From NCBI GenBank assembly GCA_964016885.1, contig OZ024740.1, positions 24,180,001 through 24,244,000 of the forward strand: a stretch of DNA of 64,000 bases. The letters are read 5' to 3'. Positions 62,758 through 64,000 of this stretch are shown here, one piece after another. The notes under the pieces are model-generated. The model had not been told where the DNA came from and searched no databases. It saw only the letters and a list, made by a program, of their open reading frames with translations. The stretch's first letter is position 1, and each line of letters starts with the position of its first letter. This stretch comes from Eledone cirrhosa. Taxonomy: Eukaryota. Position numbers and translations under genes: made by a program.

Positions 62758-63224
62758 CAACACGAGAGAGAGTTGGGAGAGATTTAATTGTCCCTATATA
62801 TTTCTGATTCACATCCATCAACTGGAGGGGTGGAGGAAAGGTTGTCTGTCGGAAAGGTGCGAAACGTGTCCTCCGCTGTTCGTTGTTTTGCATATCTGAG
62901 GTATTCAGCAGAGCGCGCGTGCGCGTGAAATGGGGTCGGTATGGCAGAGATCAGCGGCCGAAGTAGTTCTTTCAATTGTGGGAGTGGGGTGGCGCTAGCT
63001 GTCAGTCCATTCTCTGCCTGTTTGTTAAATGTTACTGTGTGTGTGTGTGCGTGTGTTGTTGTCTCGCTTGAGTGTGTGTGTGCGTGTGTTGTTGCCTTGT
63101 TCCTCTGTATTGGCAGTGTAGTATGTTCGTATGGTGGAATGCTACTGTGTGTGTGTGTGCCTGTGCGTGTGTAGTTGTGTCGCTTGTGTGTGAGTGTACG
63201 TGTGTTGCTGCATCGTTTGTTAAC

Positions 63225-63492
63225 TTAAACCAACCACCTTATTTCGCTTCTCTCGGATCGATTGTTTATTTGCGGTTCCAGGCGTTTGATAAAAAGTGCT
63301 TCCTTGATACGTAACGTGCCGACGTTTCTTTCAGTCGCTAGAATTGTGACAATGGGCCTTCCGTCTTTGTTTCCGCATTTGTCTATGTGTTTCCGGAAAA
63401 ACGAGGCCCTGGTTTTAGTGTGTTCCTTGATGCGGATGTGCAAAGGTCGGATTGTGCTACCTATATAGTATTGGTTGCACCTGTCGCATTCT
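63225..63492 (-). pseudogene. PLE GIY-YIG endonuclease domain remnant
   Basis: Hand translation CDRCNQYYIGSTIRPLHIRIKEH...LRIKEALFIKRLEPQINNR shows YIG, R..EH, E...I...P..N motifs, broken upstream by stops. Confidence 0.88.
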
Positions 63493-63695
63493 TTTATCCT
63501 TTATACTCATTCCTTCAATCCTCTACACGTCTTATACACGCCACGCATCTCAACGTACACCCACTTACATCTCTCTCTCTACCACCGGATCTTGTTACCC
63601 GGAGATTTACCCATTTGCATTGTCGAGGCTTCCAAACAACTTAAAGATATTTACCTATTATTCCACAATGCTTCAAGCAAACTTCAATACTCTCT

Positions 63696-63733
<38 letters not shown>

Positions 63734-63833
63734 AAATTGAGGTTGGTAATGGCACATGGAATATATAAGAGACAGAATACTTTTGTGTGAAAAAACATAA
63801 TTTTATAAGGTAAGGAAATAATAAAGGGTATAA

Positions 63834-63881
63834 AAAATGACCGGTTTCGATGGGTCTGCAAAAGCCATCTTTTCAAATGTT
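63834..63881 (-). ncRNA. Type I hammerhead, U3:A8 variant (family G)
   Basis: AACAU-UUGAAAA-GAUGG(CUUUUGCAGAC)CCAUC-GAAA-CCGG-UC-AUUUU, with one stem I mismatch. Confidence 0.62.
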
Positions 63882-64000
63882 GATTAATATTAAGAAAAAT
63901 TAATAATACGAAGAGTTAAAATTTGAGATTTGAAAATTCAAGTATAAAATTCATTGTGGGATTTCATAGCAGTTTTAATCTAGGTAGCAACAACAGGTTG

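Noticed and set aside
62830-62880. GCGAAACGTG motif near the PLE 3' region as an HHR
   Set aside because: No CUGANGA/UUGANAA core at the right spacing, and it is antisense to the GIY-YIG frame
63495-63520. In-frame TGA upstream of the GIY-YIG as selenocysteine (Naiad-type)
   Set aside because: A TAA and an apparent frameshift lie beside it and the spacing does not match a conserved Cys; simple decay is more likely

Overview
Repeat-saturated animal (eukaryotic) genomic DNA. The tRNA-SINE family and microsatellite load resemble coleoid cephalopod (octopus-like) genomes, which is an inference from recall. No intact host gene can be supported, and almost all long ORFs in the track are translations of simple repeats. 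Contents: (1) a ~10 kb 18-bp satellite (AACAACAACACTACCACT) with higher-order structure; (2) a decayed R4/Dong-clade RLE LINE and a bipartite non-autonomous RTE-derived element, both in (TACA)n; (3) a near full-length decayed Tx1/L1-clade LINE plus two internal fragments; (4) several tRNA-derived SINEs. The main signal is about 23 type I hammerhead ribozyme (HHR) motifs read by eye, from about 10 unrelated Penelope-like (PLE) or retrozyme-like families, mostly inserted in or next to (TA)n. Three families carry a compensatory U3:A8 core (UUGANAA). One family is a ~410-434 nt non-coding tandem unit with stem I covariation (retrozyme-like, candidate circular RNA). Four families show a fold-back insertion whose inverted arm lacks the terminal ~57-86 nt. 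Coordinates were counted by hand (ends +/- a few bp, more for repeat edges). Family letters A-K are my own labels.
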